From contig UYFQ01000732.1 in assembly GCA_900617105.1 (NCBI GenBank), positions 174,244 to 194,243 on the forward strand: 20,000 bases of DNA, given 5' to 3'. Positions within the stretch are counted from its first letter, which is position 1, and the number at the start of each line of letters is the position of its first letter. Shown in pieces: positions 18,599-20,000 of this stretch. The DNA is from Hydrurus foetidus. Its lineage: Eukaryota. The notes beneath the pieces were generated by a model. The model saw nothing but the letters and a program-made list of their open reading frames with translations. It had not been told where the DNA came from and did no database searches. Made by a program: the position numbers and the translations under genes.

Positions 18599-19978
18599 TT
18601 AGCTTTCCACCGCCGCATTGACCATGCTGGACTTGTGCTCGATCAGATGCGCAAACTCATGTCGATAATGTTTGATCATGGCGCGAACGGGCATAGCTGC
18701 AGCATCGCCAAGCGCGCAAATGGTGCGCCCCATGATGTTCTCCGACACGTTGTCCAGCAAATCCAGATCGCTGGGGCGCCCTTGGCCATTCACGATGCGG
18801 TCCACCATGCGCGACAACCAGCCCGTGCCTTCGCGGCAAGGAGTGCATTGGCCGCAAGACTCGTGCATATAAAAATAAGACAGACGCTGCAGCGCCTTGA
18901 CCATGCAACGCGTTTCGTCCAGGACGATCACCGCGCCAGAACCCAGCATGGACCCAGCCTTGGCGATCGAGTCGTAATCCATCGTGCATTCCATCATGAT
19001 GGAGGCGGGCAACACCGGAGACGAAGATCCACCAGGAATCACAGCCTTCAGTGCCTTGCCGCCTTTGACACCACCGGCCAGCTCCAGCAGCTTGGCGAAA
19101 GGCGTACCCATGGGGATTTCGTAGTTGCCAGGGCGCTCCACATCACCACTGACCGAATAAATCTTGGTACCGCCGTTGTTGGGCTTGCCGCATTCGAGAT
19201 AGGCCTGACCGCCGTTGCGGATGATCCAGGGCACTGCTGCAAACGTTTCGGTGTTATTGATGGTGGTGGGCTTGCCATACAGGCCAAAGCTGGCCGGAAA
19301 CGGCGGCTTGAAACGGGGTTGGCCTTTTTTGCCTTCCAGCGACTCCAGCAAGGCGGTTTCTTCGCCGCAGATGTACGCACCAAAGCCGTGGGCTGCGTGC
19401 AGCTGGAAGCTGAAGTTGCTGCCCATGATGTTGTTGCCCAGCAGGCCGGCGGCACGGGCTTCTTCCAATGCCTCTTCAAAGCGCTCGTAGGCCGAGAAAA
19501 TTTCGCCGTGGATATAGTTGTAGCCCACGCTGATTCCCATGGCATAGGCAGCAATGGCCATGCCTTCGATCACGATGTGGGGGTTGAACTCCAGAATGTC
19601 GCGGTCCTTGCAGGTACCGGGCTCACCTTCGTCGGAGTTGCAGACCAGGTACTTCTGACCCGGAAACTGGCGGGGCATAAAGCTCCATTTCAAACCCGTT
19701 GGGAAACCTGCGCCGCCACGCCCGCGCAATGCAGATTCTTTCACAGTGGCAATGACTTGGTCTTGCGTCATGCCCACGGTGCCAGATTCGTTCGGTTCCG
19801 CGCCGTCTTTGCCCAAAATCTTGCGCAGCGCCTGATAGCCACCGCGTGCTTCGTAGTCTTTCAGGCGCCAATTGTTGCCATTCAGACCTGCATAGATTTG
19901 GGGATTGATGTGACGATCGTGGAAGCAGGTCTGCACGCCGGTGGCGCGAAACTGGGAGAGAGTGTTCTCGACGGTCAT
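18599..19978 (-). CDS. nuoF: NADH-quinone oxidoreductase subunit F
   Basis: '[12 protein letters not shown]', '[13 protein letters not shown]', '[17 protein letters not shown]', '[12 protein letters not shown]'; ATG 19978 overlaps the upstream TGA. Confidence 0.97.
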   Translation of the reverse strand: MTVENTLSQFRATGVQTCFHDRHINPQIYAGLNGNNWRLKDYEARGGYQALRKILGKDGAEPNESGTVGMTQDQVIATVKESALRGRGGAGFPTGLKWSFMPRQFPGQKYLVCNSDEGEPGTCKDRDILEFNPHIVIEGMAIAAYAMGISVGYNYIHGEIFSAYERFEEALEEARAAGLLGNNIMGSNFSFQLHAAHGFGAYICGEETALLESLEGKKGQPRFKPPFPASFGLYGKPTTINNTETFAAVPWIIRNGGQAYLECGKPNNGGTKIYSVSGDVERPGNYEIPMGTPFAKLLELAGGVKGGKALKAVIPGGSSSPVLPASIMMECTMDYDSIAKAGSMLGSGAVIVLDETRCMVKALQRLSYFYMHESCGQCTPCREGTGWLSRMVDRIVNGQGRPSDLDLLDNVSENIMGRTICALGDAAAMPVRAMIKHYRHEFAHLIEHKSSMVNAAVES

Positions 19979-20000
19979 CACTTGCCCTCCGTGGCGCGCA
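19978..20000 (-). CDS. nuoE: Probable last codons of nuoE (...RATEGK*)
   Basis: TGA at 19980-19978 in a TGATG overlap with nuoF; identity inferred only from conserved operon order. Confidence 0.55.

Noticed and set aside
6000..20000. Many antisense and alternate-frame ORFs over gdhA and the nuo operon
   Set aside because: Expected shadow ORFs in GC-rich coding DNA, with no independent evidence.

Overview
Betaproteobacterial (Comamonadaceae-like, inferred from gene content) chromosomal window. From 6 kb onward it is ordinary housekeeping DNA: gdhA (+) converges on a minus-strand run of nuoE(3' tail)-F-G-H-I-J-K-L-M-N, a small DUF2818-like membrane protein, a NUDIX hydrolase and a DUF1178-like protein. 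The left end holds a NarL/LuxR response regulator and a 7TM HisKA_3 sensor kinase. The interesting part is 2445-5902. A ~2.4 kb minus-strand element encodes an IntI/XerD-like tyrosine recombinase, split by a -1 shift at an A8 run, coupled by an ATGA overlap to an IS91-family HUH (Y2) transposase. The element is bounded like an integron gene cassette: a G/TTGGAC core site at its 5' end (5161-5155) and a 55-bp attC-like hairpin at its 3' end (2794-2740) whose R'' box GTCCAAC is the exact complement of that core. No integron integrase or cassette array is visible in the window. Next to it are TGGAAGCATA repeats resembling a Tn7-like transposon end, and two small tandem genes sharing an 18-aa C-terminal motif.
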